From: an uncultured virus (IMG/VR IMGVR_UViG_3300038679_000356)
Lineage: Duplodnaviria > Heunggongvirae > Uroviricota > Caudoviricetes
DNA length: 64,000 bases
Reading direction: 5' to 3' (one strand)
Virus record (IMG/VR): IMGVR_UViG_3300038679_000356
Position numbers and translations under genes: made by a program. Shown in pieces: positions 9,481-18,614 of the stretch; position 1 is the first letter of the stretch; every line of letters starts with the position of its first letter. The notes below the pieces were generated by a model. It ran no database searches. It had not been told where the DNA came from and saw only the letters and a list, made by a program, of their open reading frames with translations.

Positions 9481-9831
9481 TCAAGTCAACAGGGGTCGAT
9501 ATGCCGCCTTCCACGGGATCACCATCGCGTTAGATTTAATGAAATTGATCGCTTCTTCCTTGGTAAGGAAAGGATCGTGATTCAGTCGCTTGTTGTTCCA
9601 GATGATTCGGAAGAGGGAAACTTCATCGTCCCTTTCATACTGAATGACGGTAATGGGATGCTTTGTGCCTTCCTGGTGAAAAGCGGCAACAACATCTGGA
9701 TTACGGTAACTGCGATCAAAACGCTCGTGATAGCTCTCTTCCATACACTCTCTTCTTTTGTTAGATTGCGTCGCTCGCCACTCATCCGTGGCAATACGTA
9801 TGGAATATACGCGAGCCAAAACCACATTCAA
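9481..9831 (-). CDS. Hypothetical protein
   Basis: ATGA overlap with the upstream gene. Confidence 0.55.
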   Translation of the reverse strand: MNVVLARVYSIRIATDEWRATQSNKRRECMEESYHERFDRSYRNPDVVAAFHQEGTKHPITVIQYERDDEVSLFRIIWNNKRLNHDPFLTKEEAINFIKSNAMVIPWKAAYRPLLT

Positions 9832-10838
9832 CCGTTTTCTTCAACATTTCCTGCAATGGTGTGCGCACTCACCTTTCCGCCACACCAATGTGCTTCAACT
9901 GGAACGAGTCCAGGATGTTTGGTTCCATCCCGGCGCGTCGGGAAACTCCTAAAATGAAAACCCCTCCGGTACAAACCAACAGTATGGGGCTGCTGCATGT
10001 CTTTCATAATCTCACGTCCAACAAGGTGTGGACGGGAATGTTTTGGCAATTGAACTGAGGTTGTAATATCCTTCGGAAGCCCATCAACCATACTGTTGGG
10101 AAATGACTGGATGAAGAGCCCAATGCCGATAACGAGCTTCAATGCCCAGTACATCTCCTCCCGTTCTTTGTCAGTCAACTGCCCGCAGTTGATCGTGTTT
10201 GACATATTTCCAACAATGCGGATGTCATCAGCCGGATCTCCCCCTTTTGAAATGATTTCATTGAGGAGATGGTTGGGAATGGCGATTTTATTCATCATTT
10301 TTGCTTTGACGTCATTAACAACAACAGGAGTTGTCTTGACAATTCGTAGCGTAGGCGTGTCTGAAATTTCGTCTCCATCTAAGTATAATCTGTGCAAACC
10401 ATATTCATCATGCATGGCGTCGTAGAAAACCTGCCGCGCCGCACAAGTACGACGCTCAACAAAAACTGGACCAATTTCCACTCCCTTCCATACAAGCCCT
10501 TTTGGCATTGCCAGGGAAAAAGAATCAAATGGAAGACGAAAAGCGTTCGGATCAACCTCAAACTTGCTGGAGAGCATCGCTTCCGCCAAACCTTTTGATG
10601 GAAACAAAATATGCCGCCCCTCTTTGATCCATCGGAATTCGTCCATAATGGTGACGTATTCCATTTGCGTTGATGCACGCTTGTCGATCTGCATTGTATC
10701 CCGAACGATATTGTATAGCTCAGTTATGATTGACCGACGAAGAACTTGCTCATCCGCATTCTTCCCTCCGCAATACTTCTTGACGATCCTGACGTTCGCG
10801 TCAAAAATTCCATCGTACGTGATGTAATTCATAGGCAT
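9828..10838 (-). CDS. Hypothetical phage protein with C-terminal YRRGFHFR...VEAHW motif
   Basis: Start moved to MPMNY (AAGGAGA RBS), downstream of the promoter at 10865-10892. Confidence 0.7.
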   Translation of the reverse strand: MPMNYITYDGIFDANVRIVKKYCGGKNADEQVLRRSIITELYNIVRDTMQIDKRASTQMEYVTIMDEFRWIKEGRHILFPSKGLAEAMLSSKFEVDPNAFRLPFDSFSLAMPKGLVWKGVEIGPVFVERRTCAARQVFYDAMHDEYGLHRLYLDGDEISDTPTLRIVKTTPVVVNDVKAKMMNKIAIPNHLLNEIISKGGDPADDIRIVGNMSNTINCGQLTDKEREEMYWALKLVIGIGLFIQSFPNSMVDGLPKDITTSVQLPKHSRPHLVGREIMKDMQQPHTVGLYRRGFHFRSFPTRRDGTKHPGLVPVEAHWCGGKVSAHTIAGNVEENG

Positions 10839-10864
10839 GACAATGTTTCTCCTTGGTTGACTAC

Positions 10865-10892
10865 AATATATTTTAATGAGGCGTGATGTCGA
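10865..10892 (-). promoter_or_regulatory. Promoter TCGACA-N16-TATATT
   Basis: Direct read. Confidence 0.6.
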
Positions 10893-10954
10893 GCGATATT
10901 CCAAGGAAAACAACTAGGGGAATTTGAATGAACGCTTAGGGCAGGGAAATTCAC

Positions 10955-11758
10955 ATGGCAACAGTGTCAACATCCATTGCTGCAGGCGGTCCACGTGGGC
11001 TGTATACGGCGTTGAAGCGGGAATACGGAGGATCTTTTGATCCATCCGTCGTTTCATGGTCGTCGTATCCCTGTGAATGGATATCTTGGGCAATCTGTAA
11101 CTTCCCCGTACATATCGCCAGAAAAATGGCGAAAAACATAGATGTCAATACACTTTCTTACGGAGAACTTACCGCTATGGGATGGTGCGCCATGGCTGGT
11201 GACGTCCGCAGATTATGTATGCTTGCTGAGAAAGGAGGAGATATAGATGGACATCTTCATAACGGATGGAGACCAATTCACGTTGCCATTTCTTCAAATC
11301 GAGAGGATTGCGTACATCAACTCCTTGAGCGTGGATGTAATCCAAATGCACCCGGACAAAACGGTTTGACGGCATGCCATCTTGCCTGTGTCGCTGGATC
11401 ATTTGGAGGACTGGGAATACTGATCGAAAATGGTGCCGACCCATTCATCGAAGCTGACAATGGGCGAACTGCCATTTATTATGCTTCTGAGTCTGGTAAT
11501 AGAAAGTGCGTCAGAATGTTGATTTCCCTTAAACGATTCATACCAAACCACACAGATCATTTTGGCATGACGCCTCTACACATATGTAGAAACATAGAAT
11601 GTGCTTCGATTCTTCTTTCATCTGGAGTAGATCCACGCCAAGCTGATATCGAAGGGCGTCGCGCCTGGCAAACAGTCCCAATTCAAGAGGTCAGAGAATA
11701 TCTCATGGCTTCAGTTTATGCGAAGAGAAAGCCAGCACCGCCTTGGGGAAAATTCTAA
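10955..11758 (+). CDS. Ankyrin-repeat protein
   Basis: About 5 repeats: GELTAMGWCA, GWRPIHVAI, GLTACHLAC, GRTAIYYAS, GMTPLHIC with LLxxGADP-like ends. Confidence 0.9.
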   Translation: MATVSTSIAAGGPRGLYTALKREYGGSFDPSVVSWSSYPCEWISWAICNFPVHIARKMAKNIDVNTLSYGELTAMGWCAMAGDVRRLCMLAEKGGDIDGHLHNGWRPIHVAISSNREDCVHQLLERGCNPNAPGQNGLTACHLACVAGSFGGLGILIENGADPFIEADNGRTAIYYASESGNRKCVRMLISLKRFIPNHTDHFGMTPLHICRNIECASILLSSGVDPRQADIEGRRAWQTVPIQEVREYLMASVYAKRKPAPPWGKF

Positions 11759-12342
11759 GTGATATCACGCTCGATGAATGCCATCAATTCATTCTTCCAT
11801 CCATCGACTCTTACGTTGAACACTGGAATGTTAAGATAGGCGGCAATCCGAGTGGCTTGCCCAGTTCCGCCATTAACGTTGTTTTTCGCTATTCTTTCTA
11901 GGACAACTGGTCCAAAAGCTGAAAAAAACGAGTCTTCTTCCTCGTCTCGCATAGCTGGCGTTGCACAGCACAACACGAACGAAACCTTTGGGTAATCGGG
12001 CATTTTTCCGCAAACTTGATGGTAGTTACGGTTCATCATGGCGTGAGCCCCCTTACTGAGCATTGCGTACCGAGGGTAAAGCATTTTTGTCATTTGCGCT
12101 CCTGCCGCCGAACTTCCAACAACGTATGATTTTCCGTGAATAGGGACTTCTTTACAAAATCCATTGAATGGTAGCCACGAAACACTATCATCCATCGCCC
12201 CTTGCTCAAAGGCTTGATCGGAGCCGTTAGCGTGTCCACTATACAGTGTATATTTTCCACGCAGAAACGCTGCGATGTCAATAATGGTTTGTCTTTCAAC
12301 TTGGCTGATTTCTCGCGAGCCGATTCCAGCGTACGATTTCAT
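11755..12342 (-). CDS. SLOG/DprA-like (Smf) Rossmann-fold protein
   Basis: YAGIGSRE...SGHANGSDQAFE...RNYHQV.G...GGTGQA.RIA....IPVFN; start moved to MKSYAG. Confidence 0.85.
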   Translation of the reverse strand: MKSYAGIGSREISQVERQTIIDIAAFLRGKYTLYSGHANGSDQAFEQGAMDDSVSWLPFNGFCKEVPIHGKSYVVGSSAAGAQMTKMLYPRYAMLSKGAHAMMNRNYHQVCGKMPDYPKVSFVLCCATPAMRDEEEDSFFSAFGPVVLERIAKNNVNGGTGQATRIAAYLNIPVFNVRVDGWKNELMAFIERDIT

Positions 12343-12359
12343 GAAAAATCCTTTTCCAT

Positions 12360-12387
12360 AATATAAAGGAAAGCAAGCGTGAATCAA
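12360..12387 (-). promoter_or_regulatory. Promoter TTGATT-N16-TATATT
   Basis: Direct read; the -35 box contains the TGA stop of 12384..13124. Confidence 0.7.
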
Positions 12388-13124
12388 CGCTCTGGAACGA
12401 ATTCTTTAACTGCCTTGATGGATGAGTTTTTCCACACAACGATTTGCGGATATGACATATATCCGGCAATAAAGGCTCCGTCGTATTCTCTCCTTAACTC
12501 TGCCACAGTTCCCGCGCCAATCCCTCCATCAACTTTAACGAATGCTCCCTCAAGCTCAATTTCCAAGAATTTTGGCTGTGGAGATGGTTCTATGCCAAGC
12601 GGGATGAGAAATGATGGTTCCCAGAAATGAATGTTGTATGGTTGTCCAGCTATGGTAGCCAGACATGAATCGGCATACTGTCCACTCATCCAGTATCTCA
12701 AGGTTTTTTCCGCATACTCTCGCTCAGATTCAGACAAATAACCTTTTTCGTGGAGGTTGCGGTGAGCAAGAATCGCTTCGCCTAGTTTTTTGCGTTGCTC
12801 ATTATTAAGAGAGTCGAGAAAGTCGTACTTTTTCCTGGCTCGTCCTACCCATAAATTTGGTGCATTCGATCCATATAGACCACCACCAAGATCGCCAACA
12901 TCATGTCCTCCACGACCAGAGGTGATGGGAGCATTTGATGAAAGGGTTTCTTTGACTTTTTCTGGATCATCGGTGAGGTGAATTGTGTGAATCCTACCAT
13001 TCTCAAACCAACCGGCGTTGCCAAGATAATAATCAGCATAACCAGGATCGCTTACTGCGGCGGTGTCGATCACCACAGTGCCATCCTCTTTCTTTGTTTG
13101 GGAATATTTGTTAAACCAATCCAT
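12384..13124 (-). CDS. Putative ADP-ribosyltransferase-fold protein (ART-PolyVal-like)
   Basis: IHLTD...GDLGGGLYGS...EYDGAFI....QIVVWKNSSIK matches the HxT / GxGxY / YDG..(E/Q)xVVx..xIK pattern. Confidence 0.55.
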   Translation of the reverse strand: MDWFNKYSQTKKEDGTVVIDTAAVSDPGYADYYLGNAGWFENGRIHTIHLTDDPEKVKETLSSNAPITSGRGGHDVGDLGGGLYGSNAPNLWVGRARKKYDFLDSLNNEQRKKLGEAILAHRNLHEKGYLSESEREYAEKTLRYWMSGQYADSCLATIAGQPYNIHFWEPSFLIPLGIEPSPQPKFLEIELEGAFVKVDGGIGAGTVAELRREYDGAFIAGYMSYPQIVVWKNSSIKAVKEFVPER

Positions 13125-13151
13125 GTATCATTTATTCTGTGGCAACTTTGA

Positions 13152-13442
13152 TCATCCCTGCCTCAAAATCGACTCTCTTTGAACCTGGTGTCCGTCGCTT
13201 GAAACAATCCTAATCTTCATGTCGTGGCGTCGGCAGTGGTCAAGAGCGTCAGAAAGAACAATGTATTTGCCGATAAATGAATCAGGCGTTATCAAAGAAG
13301 AACCGCCAATAGCGTTTGTCGTTTGATTTCGATCGATATGTCTGTGGATTTGCCACTGAGAGCCATCATATAATATGTTAATGTTCATCGGATGATCTTT
13401 TTGCCAATAAGTGATTTGAACATTTCGGTTCCAGGTTCCCAT
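13152..13442 (-). CDS. Small hypothetical protein (likely start MNINIL)
   Basis: ATGA-type coupling to 13385..13762. Confidence 0.45.
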   Translation of the reverse strand: MGTWNRNVQITYWQKDHPMNINILYDGSQWQIHRHIDRNQTTNAIGGSSLITPDSFIGKYIVLSDALDHCRRHDMKIRIVSSDGHQVQRESILRQG

Positions 13443-13762
13443 TTGCCGTACAAGATTTTATCAACAATTCCATCTCCAATGGCAACCACATTGCATGGAA
13501 CTGACATCCAGTCCATTCTGGAGAAAGCGCTACATTCCAAAATTACGGTTGCTTCGCGAGCAAATTTCAAGGCAAAAGAACGGGCTTGATCAAGTTCTTT
13601 GAAGCAGCACAGACCAAGTCCTTCATCAATCAGCCAGCTTGGAGCCTTCGACCATTTTCCAATTCCGTATTCCACGAGAGCATCACCGTGCGTCATCAGC
13701 GAACAGAATGTGTCGCCGTGATGCTGTACAACTTTGTACGTTTTTTCTGAAGTTAAGATCAT
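13385..13762 (-). CDS. Hypothetical phage protein
   Basis: AGAGAGAG RBS and TTTAAC-N16-TACATT upstream. Confidence 0.65.
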   Translation of the reverse strand: MILTSEKTYKVVQHHGDTFCSLMTHGDALVEYGIGKWSKAPSWLIDEGLGLCCFKELDQARSFALKFAREATVILECSAFSRMDWMSVPCNVVAIGDGIVDKILYGKWEPGTEMFKSLIGKKIIR

Positions 13763-13823
13763 TTTCTCTCTCTTGTTTGTTTCAGAAGGAATGTACTACG
13801 AAAAAAATGTTGTTAAATGTGGG

Positions 13824-14204
13824 ATGACCAAAAAATTAAATGCCATTAACAATAGGTTTTCATCCATCATACCAGAAATTATGGAATCCGTCCTTTCCTG
13901 GACCAAAGAAAAAGCAACGGAAAAAGGATTGCCATCCGATGCCGGAATGTGCGCAATGTCCAGCGTTGAACTTTTCAAGCGGTTACGTATGGTCGGAATT
14001 CCATGTAAAATCGCAATTAATGACACTCACGTTTTTGTTGTCTATGGAACAACAGTTCTTGACTTGACTTCAACTCAATTTGGGCTGAAGGAGTTGGAGG
14101 TTGGGCGAGTCGGTGTTCATCCATTCTGGGTGGCGGAAAAAACATTTGATTCGGTGTCGAAATTCAAGAAGGCGATTGAAGGATGGGGAATTCCTATTGA
14201 CTGA
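13824..14204 (+). CDS. Small transglutaminase-like Cys-His-Asp protein
   Basis: AGMCAMSS...THVFVV...VLDLTSTQF. Confidence 0.55.
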   Translation: MTKKLNAINNRFSSIIPEIMESVLSWTKEKATEKGLPSDAGMCAMSSVELFKRLRMVGIPCKIAINDTHVFVVYGTTVLDLTSTQFGLKELEVGRVGVHPFWVAEKTFDSVSKFKKAIEGWGIPID

Positions 14205-14982
14205 TTTTTCTGAGATCCCATTTTGACCTCCATTTTGGCGCAATGGGCATCAGAACTTCCAGTGTTACAGTATCCAAAACAGCAAGAGAATCATCGTCAT
14301 AGCATCCAAGAGAAACAACATCTGTGTTGTTTCTCTTATAGCGACACTGAGAATGCATATGCCCATGAACCCATAGTTTTGGTTTTACTAAGTCACAGAT
14401 CATCCCCATAAATTTTGCATGGTCAGCGCAAGCTGGATCTTCGGTTAATTTAACTCCAAATTTTTGTCTATTAGGATGCTCTGGAAGAGTATCATGTGAA
14501 AAAACCACATCAACTTTGTCTAATGCTTTGATCGCAGCTAACCCGGTCTCCATTTCGAACATTGACCAGGATTCTTGCTCCCACCAATCAAATTTTGGGA
14601 TTCTTTTCGCCCTGTCAAATGATACGGTGCCACCAACAAAAAGACATTTCAACCCATAGGCGGTCCAATATCCGAGTTTATGTCCGGTATGAATGTTTTT
14701 AGCGAGTTGTTTGGGCGCAAAATTCATTAGCGGGGATTGCCTGTGAACATATCCGAAAAGCGCGTCAATATGATCCCAATTCTCGTGATTCCCTGGGACA
14801 ACTGTTATGTGAAAATTGCAATTAGTTGCGACTTCTCCTACGTGATTGTCGTAAAACTTACCGTCAACGCCAAAGTCGCCCAATTGTACGATTTCAAGAA
14901 TGCCACGTTCGCGGCAAACGTGTGAAATAGCATCAAGATTTGTTTGATCTCCATGCATATCACCAGCAAGTAAAATCAACAT
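14194..14982 (-). CDS. Calcineurin-like metallophosphoesterase
   Basis: GDMHG, QLGDFG, PGNHEN, FSHD, HGHMH; start moved to MLILL (GAGG RBS). Confidence 0.92.
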   Translation of the reverse strand: MLILLAGDMHGDQTNLDAISHVCRERGILEIVQLGDFGVDGKFYDNHVGEVATNCNFHITVVPGNHENWDHIDALFGYVHRQSPLMNFAPKQLAKNIHTGHKLGYWTAYGLKCLFVGGTVSFDRAKRIPKFDWWEQESWSMFEMETGLAAIKALDKVDVVFSHDTLPEHPNRQKFGVKLTEDPACADHAKFMGMICDLVKPKLWVHGHMHSQCRYKRNNTDVVSLGCYDDDSLAVLDTVTLEVLMPIAPKWRSKWDLRKISQ

Positions 14983-15005
14983 AAATACCTCGTGAGTTGT
15001 TGTAT

Positions 15006-15033
15006 AATATATGGCATGAGTCGAATCATTCAA
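15006..15033 (-). promoter_or_regulatory. Promoter TTGAAT-N16-TATATT
   Basis: Direct read, upstream of the phosphoesterase. Confidence 0.7.
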
Positions 15034-15174
15034 TTCACTATTATGCACATCAGTCCATGGGCTATAGTTAGCATGGCACTGTTTGCCACCACTTTTTTCT
15101 ATCGCTTGAAATGGCGTCAACTCTTCGAAAGAGTCGAAGAGTTGGAAGAAGAATGTGGCGAGCTACGCGATGAA

Positions 15175-17337
15175 CTACGACATCGCAAAAACAAATAACG
15201 GATCAACGTAGAGGTATCCGGTTGGATCATACCAATCGAAGTGCATTCTAGCCGTTATCGGTTGAGACGCACTATTGACGGTGAATGGCAGGATCAATTT
15301 CAATGGTGTCAGTCCGGTATCATTATTCCAGACCGAAACGCCATCATCTTCCCACCACCCTTCAGTTTCAGAAAGGTATGTTTCCTTGTGCCAATTTGCG
15401 CCATCATAATATGGAACCTCAATCTCTATCCTGAATCGATTGTGGAGATTATAGGTAGGTGAGAACAGTTTATGTGCGACATAAACAGTAAGCGTGGCGG
15501 CTCCAGTTGACCCAGGAGTCCATTCCAGTCCACGGAACGGTTTAGGTGCAAGAACGAGTGGGAATAGATGGTAGTCGCTAAAACCGGCGTTTGCATTGAA
15601 CTTAATCGCAGCAGCCGCACCTCCGGTCCTATAGGCATTCCACGACTGACCGATATAGTAGCGATTTGTTCCGTACCACTTACCAGTAATATTATCTACA
15701 TTGTTGATGAGAATTGATTCGTCCCATTGAGGTGTTGTATCCCAGTAAGTCATAGTTAGATTGTAAGGAACGTCAATCTGATCAATGATTAGATGCCCAG
15801 CATATCCGTGATAACGGTGCCAGGTTTGCGACTCCCATTCAGAAGTTGGGTCAATTTGGGCTGTTTTAATGTAGATATTTGCATATGATTGATATAACTT
15901 TACGCCAACTCCATAACTATTTTGATTTCTAGTGCGAGGTGAATTTAAGTACCAATCATTTACCTCAAGAAAATTCATATATCTACAATATATAATTCCC
16001 TTGATTGAAGCATTCTTTATGACAGCCCCTTTTTTGTATGCACTATCAAATGGATCGCGGAAATATAATCCCTGTTCGTAGGCATGCCACGCAGTAACCT
16101 CATCAATTACGAAGTTATTTCCAAGATAAAGCATCATAGCCGTACCTGAACTGGAAATAAATCCAGTGCTGGCACATTTTGCAGAAATACGTTTAACGAC
16201 GCATGTTGGGATAGACTGGTATGACGAGTACGCATCATAATAGTACATATACAGTAAACTACCACCAAAATTAGCTATATCACCAGTATCAATGGTAATG
16301 TCGGTAATATTCCATTTTCCCATTCCGGAATCATTACTACCCCTACTTATTTGAACACCATAACTAAGCCAACCTCCAGTAACTGCTGGACGATTATAGA
16401 ATCGATGCATGGTCAGCGTACAATTATGGACTTCCATGTTTAGTCCATTAATGGCTATCGGAGCATAGAACGAGGTGTATGAATAATTTTGACCAATCAA
16501 TTTCATGTCATTATTAGTGTACGTAAACTCTGTACGATCACCAGAGTTAGAAGTGGCATATAAAAACATGAATGTATTGGACGTTCCGCCAAAACTAGAC
16601 ATGTAAAAGACATTGTTATCAATCGTGATATTTCTTGCAAATGCAATATAAATACATCCGCCATAACCGATGACGCTATTGTGTGCTGTATTTCCGTTAT
16701 ATCGTCCACTGTATTGGATATTGCAATCTTTGATCGTCACATTTCTGGCGTAACGGAAGATAATTGAGCCGGACTGATATGATGTATTTGTAGTATATGA
16801 CTCGTTATCAAGTTCAACTCCATTGTCCGTCCACTTACAATTCGTCATGAAGTAGTTGCCATTATGGTAGGCGGTATCGTTCGATTGGTATAACGCTTCT
16901 GCCTGGAGTGTGCCATAGGAAAAATTACAGTCTCCACTCGACGGACGATTGTACCAGATTCGGTGCGTTCCGAAATCATTGATTGGAACAAAGCGAAACA
17001 CTGAAGTCGCAGTAGCAAAATTACATTTGCAATAATCGTCAGAATCAGCATCCCATGCAGATTTCGCTTCGGCTGGAGCGCGAAGATACATATGATCTGT
17101 TGACTTTGGCATACCGATGAGGAAGATATAACTTCCTGTGGTGTTGGTTCCATCCGGAATGGTTAAGGCGGTGGTATGATTGCGGCGGCACAGATAAACT
17201 GTGTTATTTGTCATGGAATTTGCCGCTGGAAGCGTGTTGAGCGCCAGGGCTGGGGTAGATCCATCACCTGGTACGCCAATAGCTGCGTCTACATATTTCA
17301 CCGTACAATCTTGAAGTCCCATTCTCATCGTAGCCAT
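15175..17337 (-). CDS. Putative tail spike/adhesin with parallel beta-helix (pectin-lyase-like) region
   Basis: YVD....GDGSTP..A N-terminus; NVTIKDC/NITIDNN beta-helix rungs; Tyr/Asn/Thr-rich. Confidence 0.6.
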   Translation of the reverse strand: MATMRMGLQDCTVKYVDAAIGVPGDGSTPALALNTLPAANSMTNNTVYLCRRNHTTALTIPDGTNTTGSYIFLIGMPKSTDHMYLRAPAEAKSAWDADSDDYCKCNFATATSVFRFVPINDFGTHRIWYNRPSSGDCNFSYGTLQAEALYQSNDTAYHNGNYFMTNCKWTDNGVELDNESYTTNTSYQSGSIIFRYARNVTIKDCNIQYSGRYNGNTAHNSVIGYGGCIYIAFARNITIDNNVFYMSSFGGTSNTFMFLYATSNSGDRTEFTYTNNDMKLIGQNYSYTSFYAPIAINGLNMEVHNCTLTMHRFYNRPAVTGGWLSYGVQISRGSNDSGMGKWNITDITIDTGDIANFGGSLLYMYYYDAYSSYQSIPTCVVKRISAKCASTGFISSSGTAMMLYLGNNFVIDEVTAWHAYEQGLYFRDPFDSAYKKGAVIKNASIKGIIYCRYMNFLEVNDWYLNSPRTRNQNSYGVGVKLYQSYANIYIKTAQIDPTSEWESQTWHRYHGYAGHLIIDQIDVPYNLTMTYWDTTPQWDESILINNVDNITGKWYGTNRYYIGQSWNAYRTGGAAAAIKFNANAGFSDYHLFPLVLAPKPFRGLEWTPGSTGAATLTVYVAHKLFSPTYNLHNRFRIEIEVPYYDGANWHKETYLSETEGWWEDDGVSVWNNDTGLTPLKLILPFTVNSASQPITARMHFDWYDPTGYLYVDPLFVFAMS

Positions 17338-17477
17338 AATTTTTCCTCACTGGTCTTTTTTAACATATTCAATCTATTTGATCCGCTATCCTCGCGGATC
17401 ATTTCGTGATCGTGATTATTTCTGGACATTCTGTTGAATATTGTTCAAGTCCATAATCACAAAAAACTACCGTTTCC

Positions 17478-18584
17478 TCACGCCTGGTATCTGAGTAGAA
17501 GGACGCCGTTGGCTCCGGTTGCGCCAGATGCACCAGAGGCATATGCTCCATAACCACCAGAACCGGTATTGGCAACTGGTGCGGTGAAGTTCTCACCACC
17601 AGTTCCACCCTTTGCGTATTCTATGCTGTTGCCGTCAAGGCTCCGAGTGAGACCTGCTCCACCAGCGCCTGGAGTACCACCACTTGCAGTTCCGCCGACG
17701 CCTCCGGCACCTCCACCGCCAGATCCGGCATTGTCACTGTAGCCTGCTTGATTACCACCAGCATATCCCTGACCTGCAGTTCCTGCACCACCAGTGGAGG
17801 TGTACCAGCCACCGCCACCACCAGAGCCACCGGGTCGACCATTTTTACCTGCGTTGTTGGCACCGTTTCCGCCGCCACCACCGCCAACGGAGGTGTTGCC
17901 GTTGAACGAGGAGTTGCCTCCATCAGTTCCTTGTTGCGACTGACTTATTAGACCACCAGCACCGCCAGCTACCAGTAACCAGTCTGCATTCGTTACAGGT
18001 ATGGTGAGAACAAGATCATCGTTCACCAAGAATCTATGCAGAATGTAGGTGACGCCGAGAATAGTTATAACACTGATGTCACCACCAGAGTTAGGAGGTA
18101 TAACACCTGTCATATCACCACCGACATACCATTCATCGACGGCAGCTTTGCGAATCCAGATACGTCCATACCGCTGACTGATCTTGGTAATCCCGGAAGG
18201 TATGCCGTTCAGTTTGGCACCTACCTCTGCAAAAACAGATGGCTGTCCTAAACCTTTCCAAAAGGCAGCCATGTTGGCGTTGACTGGAACGGCAACATCG
18301 TTGTCTACCGGGAGTGTCAGGTCGTTTGCACTCGCGTAGTTACACTCTACAGTCTTGCTGATATCGGTAAGCTGTACTCGATATGACGCATCGACTTGTT
18401 CTGTCACTTCTTCGATAGCTCTACCGAAACTTTCATATGGAAGGTCATTCCAATGCGTACCCGTTACACCCAACTTCCATCTGCCGGTGTCGGTTTCACG
18501 CCCTATCTCGTTCTCGTCCAGTATAGGATTAGAAGAGGTCCAGTGTGCAGCGGTTCCGCGCCGTGGTTTAATTACATCAGACAT
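17478..18584 (-). CDS. Tail fibre: Mtd/hyaluronidase-type N-terminal domain + gp10-like beta-sandwich + Gly-rich domain
   Basis: IKPRRGTAAHWTSSNPILDENEIGRETDTGRWKLG; LLVAGGAGG...GGGGG...GANGVLLLRY. Confidence 0.8.
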   Translation of the reverse strand: MSDVIKPRRGTAAHWTSSNPILDENEIGRETDTGRWKLGVTGTHWNDLPYESFGRAIEEVTEQVDASYRVQLTDISKTVECNYASANDLTLPVDNDVAVPVNANMAAFWKGLGQPSVFAEVGAKLNGIPSGITKISQRYGRIWIRKAAVDEWYVGGDMTGVIPPNSGGDISVITILGVTYILHRFLVNDDLVLTIPVTNADWLLVAGGAGGLISQSQQGTDGGNSSFNGNTSVGGGGGGNGANNAGKNGRPGGSGGGGGWYTSTGGAGTAGQGYAGGNQAGYSDNAGSGGGGAGGVGGTASGGTPGAGGAGLTRSLDGNSIEYAKGGTGGENFTAPVANTGSGGYGAYASGASGATGANGVLLLRYQA

Positions 18585-18614
18585 ATATGCACCTCTATTG
18601 TTACGTATTGAATA

